DNA of 64,000 bases from positions 64,001-128,000 of the forward strand of contig CAVQRZ010000019.1 of NCBI GenBank assembly GCA_963715335.1, given 5' to 3'. The DNA comes from an uncultured delta proteobacterium. GTDB taxonomy: Bacteria; Desulfobacterota; Desulfuromonadia; Desulfuromonadales; BM103. Of this stretch, positions 20,591 through 30,095 are shown piece after piece. A program made the position numbers and the translations under genes. Positions within the stretch are counted from its first letter, which is position 1. Each line of letters begins with the position of its first letter. Below the pieces are notes generated by a model. It did no database searches. It worked only from the letters and a program-made list of their open reading frames with translations, and was not told the DNA's origin.

Positions 20591-21315
20591 TTGCCGCTGT
20601 AGCCTTCCATCGCTTTAGCAAACAGCGTGCTGGCGTCTTCAGGTTTTCGGAGATCGAGGTTCCCTTGGGCGAAGCTGTGCTGGAACCACAGGATATCTCC
20701 ATCTTCGAGATCCACCACGCCAACCAGAACCTTTGACGATCCTAGCGGCATACCGACTCCTGCCAACGCGGCTATGGCGATCATGGTTTTTCGTCCTCCG
20801 GTTGAAATACTGTCGTACCCGATGACGATTAGGGCCGCTTCGGCGCCCGACTTCTGCTTCAGAAAACGCAGCCCGTTGCCCAGGGAATAATGAAAATCAT
20901 CAGCAAGGTGGCTCCAGCCGTAGGCCGGTACGTTCGCTGCAATATAGGCTTGGCTGGCAACGACATCGTAAAGGAGGACATGTTCGTGGACCAGTTCCTT
21001 CTCCTCATCGGTCAATTCAGGTACAGTCTGAAGCGACGTGGCCCCCTGCTTGGCAAAGAACCCATTTACAGCGAGAGTCATGGCTGACTCCCCTTGCTTG
21101 CTCCATGTCGGGTCCTCCTGAACCACCCCTCCAGCAGAAATCTCGTTAATGGACACCGAGACTGGCAAAACCAGCAACTTGTTGGGCAGAGACGCCGAGC
21201 CTTTTCTGATGTCTGAACCCACGGACGGTTTCCCGGCCATGGTGCAGGCGGTCAATGGGAAGAGAAGGACAACAACGACAAAGAGAAAGAAGGGCATTCT
21301 GTGGCATGGCTCCAT
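20587..21315 (-). CDS. hypothetical lipoprotein
   Basis: lipobox LTAC; AGGAGG RBS. Confidence 0.8.
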   Translation of the reverse strand: MEPCHRMPFFLFVVVVLLFPLTACTMAGKPSVGSDIRKGSASLPNKLLVLPVSVSINEISAGGVVQEDPTWSKQGESAMTLAVNGFFAKQGATSLQTVPELTDEEKELVHEHVLLYDVVASQAYIAANVPAYGWSHLADDFHYSLGNGLRFLKQKSGAEAALIVIGYDSISTGGRKTMIAIAALAGVGMPLGSSKVLVGVVDLEDGDILWFQHSFAQGNLDLRKPEDASTLFAKAMEGYSGK

Positions 21316-21529
21316 GATATCCTCCTGGCGGAAAACCTCTATAAATCTTTTATATGTCCTGCCTTATAGGTTGCCAACCATGCTGTCCGAAATTTAAATA
21401 GACTGGGCAATACACGGGAGAAGTAACGTAAATTCCCCGAGCATCAGAGTTTAGATGCTTAAGCCATGAATTAAAAAAACCACTGGTCAGTACAATGCTG
21501 ACAACAGGGGGTAATTAAGTAATCTTCTG

Positions 21530-21635
21530 ATCGCATCAAGGGCCACTCGCTCACGTGATGCCGAAAACCTTGAGAGCGGCCTCAAGTTGCTGGTAAGTCA
21601 TACGAGAGTTCCATAGCCGAGTCGCAGTAATGCCT
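21530..21635 (-). pseudogene. degenerate 5' fragment of a J-domain gene paralogous to 19297-19599
   Basis: ATG 21601 gives MTYQQLEAALKVFGIT* versus MTYQELEAALETFGITE; upstream 25 nt match 23/25. Confidence 0.8.
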
Positions 21636-21840
21636 TCGTGATTATTTTAAAATGTTAAATTAACATGCTGTGCATAAGGAAAGCCACTTTCTGGAGCTCG
21701 GACCCTCGATTTCCCCGGACGTCTTGCCCGTTGCCCGGCAGGCTTTCAGAAGCTATTCCCTTGCGCGGAGCAAGGGCCATATGATAAAAAATTCAGGTTT
21801 GGATTGCTAATATTTTTGCTTGTTTCGAAGGTGTCTGATC

Positions 21841-22908
21841 ATGGAACTCCAAGTTTTGCCGCTGGAACAGAAAAAACCGCTGATCAAAGACGAATCACAA
21901 TTACATTTCGGCAAACAGTTTACCGACCGGATGTTCGTCATGAAGTACAAGACCGGTCTGGGGTGGTATGATGCCAAGATTCAGCCTTACCAGGCGTTCT
22001 CGCTCGATCCTGCCGCCATGGTGCTGCATTACGCCCAGGAGATTTTCGAGGGACTCAAGGCGTTCCGGCGGCCCGATGGCCAGATAGCACTGTTCCGCCC
22101 GCAGGACAACTTTCGCCGCTTCAATCATGGTGCGCGGCGGATGTGCATGCCCGAGGTCGATGAAGCTTTCATGCTGAAGTCCCTGAAAGAGCTGATCCGG
22201 CTCGAAGCTGAGTGGGTACCGCACAGCGAGGGGACCAGCCTGTATATCCGGCCGGCCATGATCGCCTCCGAGCCGATGCTCGGTGTGCGGGCTGCTGATG
22301 AGTACCTGTGCTTCATCATCCTCTGTCCGGTCGGGACCTATTACAAGGGTGGTCTGGCGCCGGTCAAGATCTGGATCTCCGATCACTACGTCCGCGCTGC
22401 TCATGGCGGCACGGGGGAAGTCAAGACCGGGGGTAATTACGCGGCCAGCCTCTTTGCTGCGCGCGAAGCGGCGGCAAAAGGGTATGACCAGGTCCTCTGG
22501 CTGGATGCCAGAGAGAAAAAATATGTAGAAGAGGTCGGCAGTATGAACATCTGCTTCGTCGAAAAAAATAAGCTGGTGACCTCGCCCCTGCATGGCACGA
22601 TCCTGGATGGCATCACGCGCCGCTCGGTCCTGGAACTGGCACGCTACAACGGGCTGGAAATCGAGGAGCGTGCTATGTCGGTCGATGAAATTTTTACCGG
22701 GGTGGAGGAGGGTCGCATCCTGGAGGCCTTTGGTACCGGCACGGCAGTGGTCATCTCGCCGGTTGGCCAGTTCACCTACAAGGACCGCACTGTCGTGCTG
22801 GGCGATGGCAAGACCACCGGTGCGGTTACGCAAGAGCTCTATGACACCCTGACCGGGATTCAATACGGGCGTTTGCCTGACCCCCACGGTTGGGTCGAAC
22901 TGCTCTGA
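21841..22908 (+). CDS. ilvE: branched-chain amino acid aminotransferase
   Basis: LHYAQEIFEGLKA, YIRP, KTGGNY, ILDGITR, GTAVVISP. Confidence 0.95.
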   Translation: MELQVLPLEQKKPLIKDESQLHFGKQFTDRMFVMKYKTGLGWYDAKIQPYQAFSLDPAAMVLHYAQEIFEGLKAFRRPDGQIALFRPQDNFRRFNHGARRMCMPEVDEAFMLKSLKELIRLEAEWVPHSEGTSLYIRPAMIASEPMLGVRAADEYLCFIILCPVGTYYKGGLAPVKIWISDHYVRAAHGGTGEVKTGGNYAASLFAAREAAAKGYDQVLWLDAREKKYVEEVGSMNICFVEKNKLVTSPLHGTILDGITRRSVLELARYNGLEIEERAMSVDEIFTGVEEGRILEAFGTGTAVVISPVGQFTYKDRTVVLGDGKTTGAVTQELYDTLTGIQYGRLPDPHGWVELL

Positions 22909-22929
22909 TTCGATTTTTTCGCAATCAAG

Positions 22930-22968
22930 TGCAAAAGCCTCCTGCCGTCGCGGCAGGAGGCTTTTGCA
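22930..22968 (+). terminator. rho-independent terminator (possibly bidirectional)
   Basis: AAAAGCCTCCTGCCG/CGGCAGGAGGCTTTT. Confidence 0.8.
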
Positions 22969-23076
22969 TGTGGATTCTCCTCTTAAAAAATCTATAACAA
23001 TTAAGCGGTCATCTTGACAGAACCATCAAAGGCGTTAAGGTTTGTTAACGTTTAGCTAGGATACGGGGGCCTTTCC

Positions 23077-23283
23077 ATGTATATCCCGGTGGTGCTTACT
23101 GATGGGCATGAAGAATTGGTGAGCAAAGATGAATTACAATTTCTGATGTTTACCAGTAAAGTCATGTTTTTTAAGCGCGCTGACGGATGGGCTGTCCCTG
23201 GTCGAGACAAAATGCGTGAGAAGATAAAGCCTTACGGTGGGGAAGAGCGTCGGCAACATGACGTGTTTTCGCTGGACTACTGA
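23077..23283 (+). CDS. small GSU3473-family-like protein
   Basis: I-x-V...DG...FKRADGWAVPGRD..R....Y.G.ERR pattern. Confidence 0.8.
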   Translation: MYIPVVLTDGHEELVSKDELQFLMFTSKVMFFKRADGWAVPGRDKMREKIKPYGGEERRQHDVFSLDY

Positions 23284-23453
23284 ACCGAGTGCCCTTTTTG
23301 ACGATTGCATTATCAGGATGATAAAGAGGCAACACCCGTGACCAGGCGTTGTTGGCAAGCAATCGCCTTTAATGTTTACAGAACGCGCAAACTTTTCATA
23401 TGATGCCTCTCCGGTTAAGCGGCGCTTGATCATTTCATGCCTGGATCAAGGTT

Positions 23454-23660
23454 ATGACCAAAAGAGAACTCATTCTCGTTGAACTAAAAGAGGGGACGTC
23501 CTGCCGGATGGCCAAGCCGGCGCTTAAGGTTTTCCTTGCACATGACGGGGTCGCTCGTTTCCAGCGGTCTGATGGCTGGGTGGTGCCTGGCAAAGACCAG
23601 CTGAGAGACCCGCACAATGATCGCTCTTATGATGGTGCTGAACGTCGAGAAGTTGTGTAG
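23454..23660 (+). CDS. small GSU3473-family-like protein (paralog)
   Basis: FQRSDGWVVPGKDQLR...YDGAERR. Confidence 0.75.
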   Translation: MTKRELILVELKEGTSCRMAKPALKVFLAHDGVARFQRSDGWVVPGKDQLRDPHNDRSYDGAERREVV

Positions 23661-23936
23661 GGCCCCCGATTGATTGACGACAATTTACACATGGCCACCT
23701 GCCGACGGGTGGCCATGTTCTTGTAGGGCAGGGCCGTTATTGATTTCGCGTTTTTGCCAAACAGGCGGAATGATTTTCGCATAAACGGGGCCTTGCCGTC
23801 GCAAGGGGCCGGATGCGATCGTTTGGCCGTACATGCCAATTTGTTGCCGCCGCAGCAGCAAGGTTGCCATCGCTGGACGGGCAGATTAATATAGCGTCAG
23901 GGCTTGACGACTGATGCGGATTGACAGGAGCACCTT

Positions 23937-24677
23937 TTGAGCACTCTTTCCATCGAACTCGTACCGCGCGACCATGCTTCCCTGGAGCAGGAAATGCGGT
24001 CGATCCGGGAGCATTTCCCGGCCATCAATACGATCAATATCCCCGACCTGCTCAAATTTTCATTGCGCAGCTGGGATGCCTGCAGCAAGGCCAAGGCATT
24101 CTTCCCCCATGCCATCCCTCACCTGCGCGCCATCGATTTCGACTTGAGCAAACCCTTTCCCCTGGTGGACAATTTTACCCGGAATGGCATTGATACGGTG
24201 CTGGTGATCGCCGGCGACCAGCCGCAGGACATGTCGCGCAGGGTCTACCGCACCTCGTCGATCGAGTTGATTCGCGCCCTCAAAAAGGCGATGCCCGCGC
24301 TCAAGGTTTATGCCGGCATCGACCCCTACCGGACCGGGATCAAGACCGAGCTCGACTATGTCAAGCGCAAAGTCGATGCCGGCGCCGACGGATTTTTTAC
24401 CCAGCCCTTCTTTGACCTGCGTTTGATGGAGATCTACTACGACCTGTTGGCAGGGCTGGATGTCTTCTGGGGGATCAGTCCGGTCATGAGTGAACGCAGC
24501 AAGGATTATTGGGACAACCTCAACAACGCGATCTTCCCGCCGGATTTCGAGCCGACCCTGGAATGGAACCGGCGACTGGCAAAGGACGCGCTGGTTTTTG
24601 CCGGGCAAACCGGTTCAAACATCTACTTCATGCCGATTCGCATTGACCTGGTTGGATACCTGAAAGGGATTCTTTGA
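23937..24677 (+). CDS. metF: methylenetetrahydrofolate reductase (short form)
   Basis: SIELVP, HLRAID, IAGD, KVDAGADGFFTQPFFD; AGGAG RBS and TTG start. Confidence 0.85.
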   Translation: MSTLSIELVPRDHASLEQEMRSIREHFPAINTINIPDLLKFSLRSWDACSKAKAFFPHAIPHLRAIDFDLSKPFPLVDNFTRNGIDTVLVIAGDQPQDMSRRVYRTSSIELIRALKKAMPALKVYAGIDPYRTGIKTELDYVKRKVDAGADGFFTQPFFDLRLMEIYYDLLAGLDVFWGISPVMSERSKDYWDNLNNAIFPPDFEPTLEWNRRLAKDALVFAGQTGSNIYFMPIRIDLVGYLKGIL

Positions 24678-24688
24678 ATCCTGGATGA

Positions 24689-24847
24689 TCAATCCAGCGG
24701 GTCAAAAGTATCCTTGTCTGCGTAGCAGAGGGGACAGACCCAGTTGTCGGGCAGATCATCAAAGGCCGTACCCGGCGGGATGTCGTTCATCGAGTCCCCC
24801 TGGGCGGGGTCGTAAATGTAACCACAGTTGGCGCAGATATACCGCAT
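24689..24847 (-). CDS. rubredoxin (52 aa; absent from the ORF track)
   Basis: hand translation [18 protein letters not shown]...[18 protein letters not shown]...; GGAGG RBS. Confidence 0.95.
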   Translation of the reverse strand: MRYICANCGYIYDPAQGDSMNDIPPGTAFDDLPDNWVCPLCYADKDTFDPLD

Positions 24848-24881
24848 CCTACCCTCCTATTTGTTGTCCCGCGTTCCGATA

Positions 24882-27332
24882 TCAAACGGCAAAATATTTT
24901 GCCTGCGGATGGTGGGCAATAATCGCCGAGGTGCTCACCTCTGGAACCATCTCCATCGTCTCGGTCAGGGTCACCCCGATCACTTCCGGTTGAAGTAATT
25001 TAAAGAGCATTTCATGGGCATCAAGATCGGGGCAGGCCGGATAACCGAAGCCGTAACGTGACCCCTGGTAGCCCTGAGTAACGTAGCCGGTCATATCCGT
25101 GGGCTTGTCCCTGGCTATGCCGAGTTCACGACGCATTTCTTCGTGCCAGTATTCAGCCAGGGCATCGGTCACCTCGACGCTGAAGCCGTGTAGCATCAGG
25201 TAATCGTGGTAGGCGTCTGCCTCGAACAGGCGTTTGGTTTCAATTGCGATACGGTCACCAATCGTCACGACAAAGAAAGCGGCGACATCACCCCCCTCAT
25301 CGCGACTGCGGTAGTAATCGGCTATACAGAGATGCGGTGGCGACAGCTGTCGCGGGAACGCGAAAGCCATGACCTCATCGCCGGCTTCAACAAAGACCGT
25401 GTCCCCCTCGCTGTAACAGCGGAAGTACCCGTAGGCCGCCTTCGGCTGCAGCAACCCTTCTTCGATGGCACGTACTTTGAGCTGTTCGTACAGCGGGCTG
25501 ACTGTCGTCCGCATCAGCTCGGCATAGTCCTCTGCAGTGGAACTGGAGGTGCGACGGTAGCCCCAGCGCCCGCGGAACAGCGCCTGTTCGTTGACATATG
25601 AGAAGAGCCTGGCCGGGTCGATATCGACCACGTGACGCAGTCCGTAAAAAGGTGGCTCCGGCACCGGGTGGCTGTGATCGATATTGACGTCCTTTACTCC
25701 CGGTTTCATGCGAGGCTTGCCACCCTTCGGTATGGCAGCAGTGGCGGTCAGTTGCCCGGCCTCGAAATCTTTCAGTGCCTTGAGCCCGGCGAAGGCATCC
25801 GCACAGTAAACCACCGGCGCATCATAATTCGGTACACAGGCGGTGGCGACGAAATCACTGGTAAGAGCAGCGCCACCGAGCAGGATCGGTATCTTGAGCC
25901 CCGCTTCCCGGTATTGCGGCATACTCTCCTGCATGACAATCGCCGACTTCACCAGCAGACCCGAGAGCCCAATCATATCCACATTCAGCTCGCGGGCCTT
26001 GGCGATAATCGTCTCGGCCGGTACCTTGATACCGATGTTGAAGACCTTGTAGCCATTGTTGGAAAGCAGGATATCAACCAGGTTTTTGCCGATATCGTGC
26101 ACATCACCCTGGACCGTGGCCAGCAGGATCTTGGTCCCCTCCTCATGGTCGACCTTCTGCATATGCGGCTCAAGCCAGGCGACGCTCTTCTTCATCGCCT
26201 CGGCCGATTGCAGCACGAAAGGGAGCAGCAGTTCACCCTTGCCGAACAGCTCGCCGACGTGGCGCATCGCCGGCACCAGGATCTGGTTGACGATATCGAG
26301 CGGCGGGTAACGGTCGAGCAGCACCGCCAGAATATCCTCGATGCCGTCCTTGTCGCCGCGCACGATCTTTTCGTGTAAAGCCTGCTCGGGGCGTTTGACC
26401 TCCGATTCTTCCTCATCGCCGCCGTCAACACGCTCGGAGAAATGGTCGATGAAACGCATCAGCGGCGATTTCTCCGCACCCTGGTCGCGGTTGTACATCA
26501 GGTCACGGCAGAAGCCCCGATCCTCTTCGCTGATCTGTGCCAGCGGCAGGATCTTGCCGGCGTCGATAATCGCCGCATCAAGGCCCGCTTCAACCGCCTC
26601 GTGCAGAAACACGGAATTGAGGATCTTCCGCGCAGCAGGGGGCAGGCCGAAGGAAATATTGCTCAATCCTAGCAGCGTATAGACGCCGGGCAATTCCGCC
26701 TTGATGCGCCTGATTCCGTCCAGGGTCTGGATCGCGGCATCGAGCAGGTTCTCATCACCGGCGCCGATAGTAAAGGTAAGGGGATCAAAGAGGATGTCCT
26801 GAGGTCGCAGGCCGTGTTTGCCGACCGCCAGGTCGTAAATCTGCCGGGCCGTTTCAACCTTCTCATCGGCAGTCATGGCCATACCCTGCTCATTGATGGT
26901 CAAAGCCACTACTGCCGCACCGTACTTCTTCGCCAACCGGCAAACCCGATCGAGGGTCTTGCCACCATCTTCCAGGTTGATCGAGTTGATGATGCAGCGA
27001 CCGGGATAGATTTTCAGACAGGCCTCTACGCAGTCGGCGTTGGTTGAATCAATCATGATCGGAATCTTCAACGACTCGGCGTGAAGTTTAACCAGGCGGG
27101 TCAGGTCGGCAAGCTCGTCGCGACCGACATAAGCGGCACAGATGTCAAGAACCTGGGCGCCTTTGGCTTCCTGGTCCAGTCCGATCCGCAGACAGCCATC
27201 AAAATCATCGGCCAACAGAGATTCGCGGAATTTTTTCGAGCCGTTCGGATTGGACCGCTCGCCGATCAACAGCGGCGGGATTTCCTGGGCGATTTCTACG
27301 GCCTGATAGAGGCTTGAGAGAGAAGGTTTCAT
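24882..27332 (-). CDS. metH: B12-dependent methionine synthase: pterin, cap, cobalamin-binding and reactivation domains
   Basis: IGERSNPNGSKKF, GDVHDIGKN, SGLL, GYPACPD. Confidence 0.92.
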   Translation of the reverse strand: MKPSLSSLYQAVEIAQEIPPLLIGERSNPNGSKKFRESLLADDFDGCLRIGLDQEAKGAQVLDICAAYVGRDELADLTRLVKLHAESLKIPIMIDSTNADCVEACLKIYPGRCIINSINLEDGGKTLDRVCRLAKKYGAAVVALTINEQGMAMTADEKVETARQIYDLAVGKHGLRPQDILFDPLTFTIGAGDENLLDAAIQTLDGIRRIKAELPGVYTLLGLSNISFGLPPAARKILNSVFLHEAVEAGLDAAIIDAGKILPLAQISEEDRGFCRDLMYNRDQGAEKSPLMRFIDHFSERVDGGDEEESEVKRPEQALHEKIVRGDKDGIEDILAVLLDRYPPLDIVNQILVPAMRHVGELFGKGELLLPFVLQSAEAMKKSVAWLEPHMQKVDHEEGTKILLATVQGDVHDIGKNLVDILLSNNGYKVFNIGIKVPAETIIAKARELNVDMIGLSGLLVKSAIVMQESMPQYREAGLKIPILLGGAALTSDFVATACVPNYDAPVVYCADAFAGLKALKDFEAGQLTATAAIPKGGKPRMKPGVKDVNIDHSHPVPEPPFYGLRHVVDIDPARLFSYVNEQALFRGRWGYRRTSSSTAEDYAELMRTTVSPLYEQLKVRAIEEGLLQPKAAYGYFRCYSEGDTVFVEAGDEVMAFAFPRQLSPPHLCIADYYRSRDEGGDVAAFFVVTIGDRIAIETKRLFEADAYHDYLMLHGFSVEVTDALAEYWHEEMRRELGIARDKPTDMTGYVTQGYQGSRYGFGYPACPDLDAHEMLFKLLQPEVIGVTLTETMEMVPEVSTSAIIAHHPQAKYFAV

Positions 27333-28252
27333 AACGTCACCTGCCGTGCCGCAGGGGTCAAGCCGGAGCAGGCCGCCGCGAGTTGGCGGATATGTCCAGG
27401 GGTCGTGCCACAACAGCCGCCGATGATGCTGACACCATCCTGTTCGACAAACGAGGTCATGTGATGAACAAAATCAGCGGGTGTCAACGGGTAGTGGGTT
27501 TTGCCATCCACCACTTCGGGCAGGCCCTGATTCGGCATGCAGGAGATGCGATAGGGCCAGTTATGGCTTAGATAGCGGATATGCGAAGCCATGTCGCTCG
27601 GCCCGGTCGCACAGTTGAGACCGAGGGAGAAGACCGGGAACGGCTCCAGTGTAGCGCAGATGGCCGCTATGTCGCTGCCGACCAGCATGGTCCCCTGACG
27701 CTCCATCGTCACCGAGACCAGCACCGGGATCTCTTTGCCGGTCTCTGCGAGGACTTCGAAGCAGGCCACCAGGGCTGTCTTAACCTGCAGCAGGTCCTGG
27801 CAGGTTTCAATCGCAAGGGCATCAACTCCAGCTTCGACCAGGGCGCGTATCTGCTCCGCCAGGGACCGGGACAACTCCTCCACCGAAATATGCCCCAGCG
27901 ACGGCAGCTTAGTGGTCGGTCCAACCGAACCGGCAATGTAACGACCGGTTCGACCGCCGATCGCGGTGCGGGCGTTGGCAACGGCAGCACGATTGATTTC
28001 GACTACCTTGTCACCAAGATCGTATTCGGCGAGGACAATCGAACTGGCCCCGAAGGTGTTGGTTTCCACAACCATCGCCCCGGCATCGAGAAACGATCCG
28101 TGCAGGGCAACGATCGTATCCGGGGCAGTCAGGTTAAGCAGCTCATTGCACCCTTCACATCCCTGCCATGCTTGATCAGGTATCTGCATCTCCTGCAGGT
28201 TGGTGCCGCAGGCACCGTCGAACAGGAGGACTTTCTCATCACCAAAACTCAT
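27329..28252 (-). CDS. metH: homocysteine S-methyltransferase domain of split methionine synthase
   Basis: DGACGT, ETNTF, GLNC, GGCCGTTP; 4-nt overlap with the downstream half. Confidence 0.92.
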   Translation of the reverse strand: MSFGDEKVLLFDGACGTNLQEMQIPDQAWQGCEGCNELLNLTAPDTIVALHGSFLDAGAMVVETNTFGASSIVLAEYDLGDKVVEINRAAVANARTAIGGRTGRYIAGSVGPTTKLPSLGHISVEELSRSLAEQIRALVEAGVDALAIETCQDLLQVKTALVACFEVLAETGKEIPVLVSVTMERQGTMLVGSDIAAICATLEPFPVFSLGLNCATGPSDMASHIRYLSHNWPYRISCMPNQGLPEVVDGKTHYPLTPADFVHHMTSFVEQDGVSIIGGCCGTTPGHIRQLAAACSGLTPAARQVTL

Positions 28253-28365
28253 AACGTGACCATATCCTTGCAAATTAATCGTACGCTTTGACTTCTTTCA
28301 ATTACATTCCAACAAACAGGGCGAACCCGATGGCCCGCCCCGGCAGGTTGCTCAGCTGCAAAAGC

Positions 28366-28557
28366 TCACTGCATCTTCGAACTGCCACACACTATGCACA
28401 CCCGGGCCGTTTCATAGAGGCCATTGTCCTTGTTGTAGACAGAGGCAGGACGCAGGTGCAATTCACAAGTTACCCGAAAGCAGAGGTCGCAGGCCCGGCT
28501 CTCGGTGTTGTCCGATTTGTAATCGCAGACATGACATATCCAGGGGGATTTTTCCAT
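28366..28557 (-). CDS. small Cys-rich zinc-finger-like protein (63 aa)
   Basis: CHVC, CDLC, CELH and CIVC pairs. Confidence 0.7.
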   Translation of the reverse strand: MEKSPWICHVCDYKSDNTESRACDLCFRVTCELHLRPASVYNKDNGLYETARVCIVCGSSKMQ

Positions 28558-28809
28558 TTTACTCTCTAGCGGGAGCGGTGCGCCGTCTGCAACTCTCCGC
28601 AAACTCTCTCTGGCTACCGATGCATTATGACCTCTGGGGGGCATAAAGGCAAGTCAACGCAGACCTGAACCTTAATCTGTGCAGGCCGCTGGAAAGCGCC
28701 TCTTGACCCTTCGGGATAAAACGGTATCCTTGCTTTTGATATTCAGGAGGCGGGGCCGCCTGCGGCCATCCTGATCCAGACCAAGAACTCTCACCCAGAA
28801 GGAATTCCC

Positions 28810-29988
28810 ATGCAAACATTCAATCCACCTGTTCGTACCTTGATGGGCCCCGGACCATCCGATGTTCACCCGAGAGTTCTCGAAGCCCTGTCGCGGCCGA
28901 CCATCGGCCACCTGGACCCGGCTTTTATCAGGATGATGGATGAACTCAAGGAGCTTCTCCAATACACTTTCCAGACCAGCAATGCCATGACCATGCCGGT
29001 CTCCGCCCCCGGTTCGGCTGGGATGGAAACCTGCTTCGTCAACCTGGTGGAACCGGGTGACAAGGTGATCGTCTGCCAGAATGGCGTCTTCGGTGGACGC
29101 ATGAAGGAAAATGTCGAACGCTGCGGCGGTATCGCAGTGATGGTTGAAGACAAATGGGGAGAAGCCATCGACATCAACAAGCTCGAAGATGCCCTCAAGG
29201 CCAACAACGACGCCAGGATTGTTGCCATGGTCCATGCCGAGACGTCCACGGGAGCCCAGTCTGACATAAAATCATTGGTCAGGCTTGCCCACGAGCACGA
29301 TTGCCTGACGATCGTTGACACCGTCACCTCCCTCGGCGGGACCCCGGTTAAGGTTGACGAGTGGGGCATCGATGCCATCTACTCCGGGTCGCAGAAATGC
29401 CTCTCCTGCACGCCCGGTATTGCCCCGGTCAGTTTCAATGAACGTGCCCTGGACAAGGTCCGCAATCGGCAGACCAAAGTACAGAGCTGGTTCATGGACC
29501 TCACCCTGGTCATGGGCTATTGGGGCGAGGGAACCAAGCGGGCTTATCATCACACCGCGCCGATCAATGCGCTTTACGCTCTCCATGAAGCGTTGCTGAT
29601 TCTCCAGGAAGAAGGCCTGGAAAAGGCCTGGGCGCGTCACCGGAAGAACCATCTGGCGCTCAGGGCTGGCCTTGAAGCAATGGGGCTGTCGTTCATCGTC
29701 AAGGAGGCTGACCGGCTGCCGCAATTGAACGCCGTCACCATCCCCGCCGGAGTTGACGATGCGACGGTCCGCGGCCGTCTGCTCAACGAGTACAATCTGG
29801 AGATCGGTGCCGGTCTCGGTGCCCTGGCCGGCAAAGTCTGGCGGATCGGCCTCATGGGCCACGCCAGCCGCGCTGAAAATATCCTGCTCTGCGTTGGTGC
29901 GCTTGAGTCTGTTCTGGGGGACCTGGGCGCCACGATCAACAAAGGGGTCGCCCTGCCGGCCATGCAGAAGGCTCTCGCCCAGCCCTGA
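28810..29988 (+). CDS. alanine/serine-glyoxylate aminotransferase (class V PLP)
   Basis: MGPGPS, HAETSTG, SQKCL, WRIGLMG. Confidence 0.93.
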   Translation: MQTFNPPVRTLMGPGPSDVHPRVLEALSRPTIGHLDPAFIRMMDELKELLQYTFQTSNAMTMPVSAPGSAGMETCFVNLVEPGDKVIVCQNGVFGGRMKENVERCGGIAVMVEDKWGEAIDINKLEDALKANNDARIVAMVHAETSTGAQSDIKSLVRLAHEHDCLTIVDTVTSLGGTPVKVDEWGIDAIYSGSQKCLSCTPGIAPVSFNERALDKVRNRQTKVQSWFMDLTLVMGYWGEGTKRAYHHTAPINALYALHEALLILQEEGLEKAWARHRKNHLALRAGLEAMGLSFIVKEADRLPQLNAVTIPAGVDDATVRGRLLNEYNLEIGAGLGALAGKVWRIGLMGHASRAENILLCVGALESVLGDLGATINKGVALPAMQKALAQP

Positions 29989-30095
29989 AAGTCCTTTTGC
30001 AAACGGCCTGGCAGCGACACGAGTGTCCCGGCCAGGCCGTAACCTGCGGCCTTTTCTCTTTCGTCAACCCGCCCGTCGCGCCCTGGGTGCTCGCC

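Noticed and set aside
28560..28660. Possible glycine riboswitch (GGAGAG...GGCGCA)
   Set aside because: Lacks the CCGAAG and CUCUCAGG core elements
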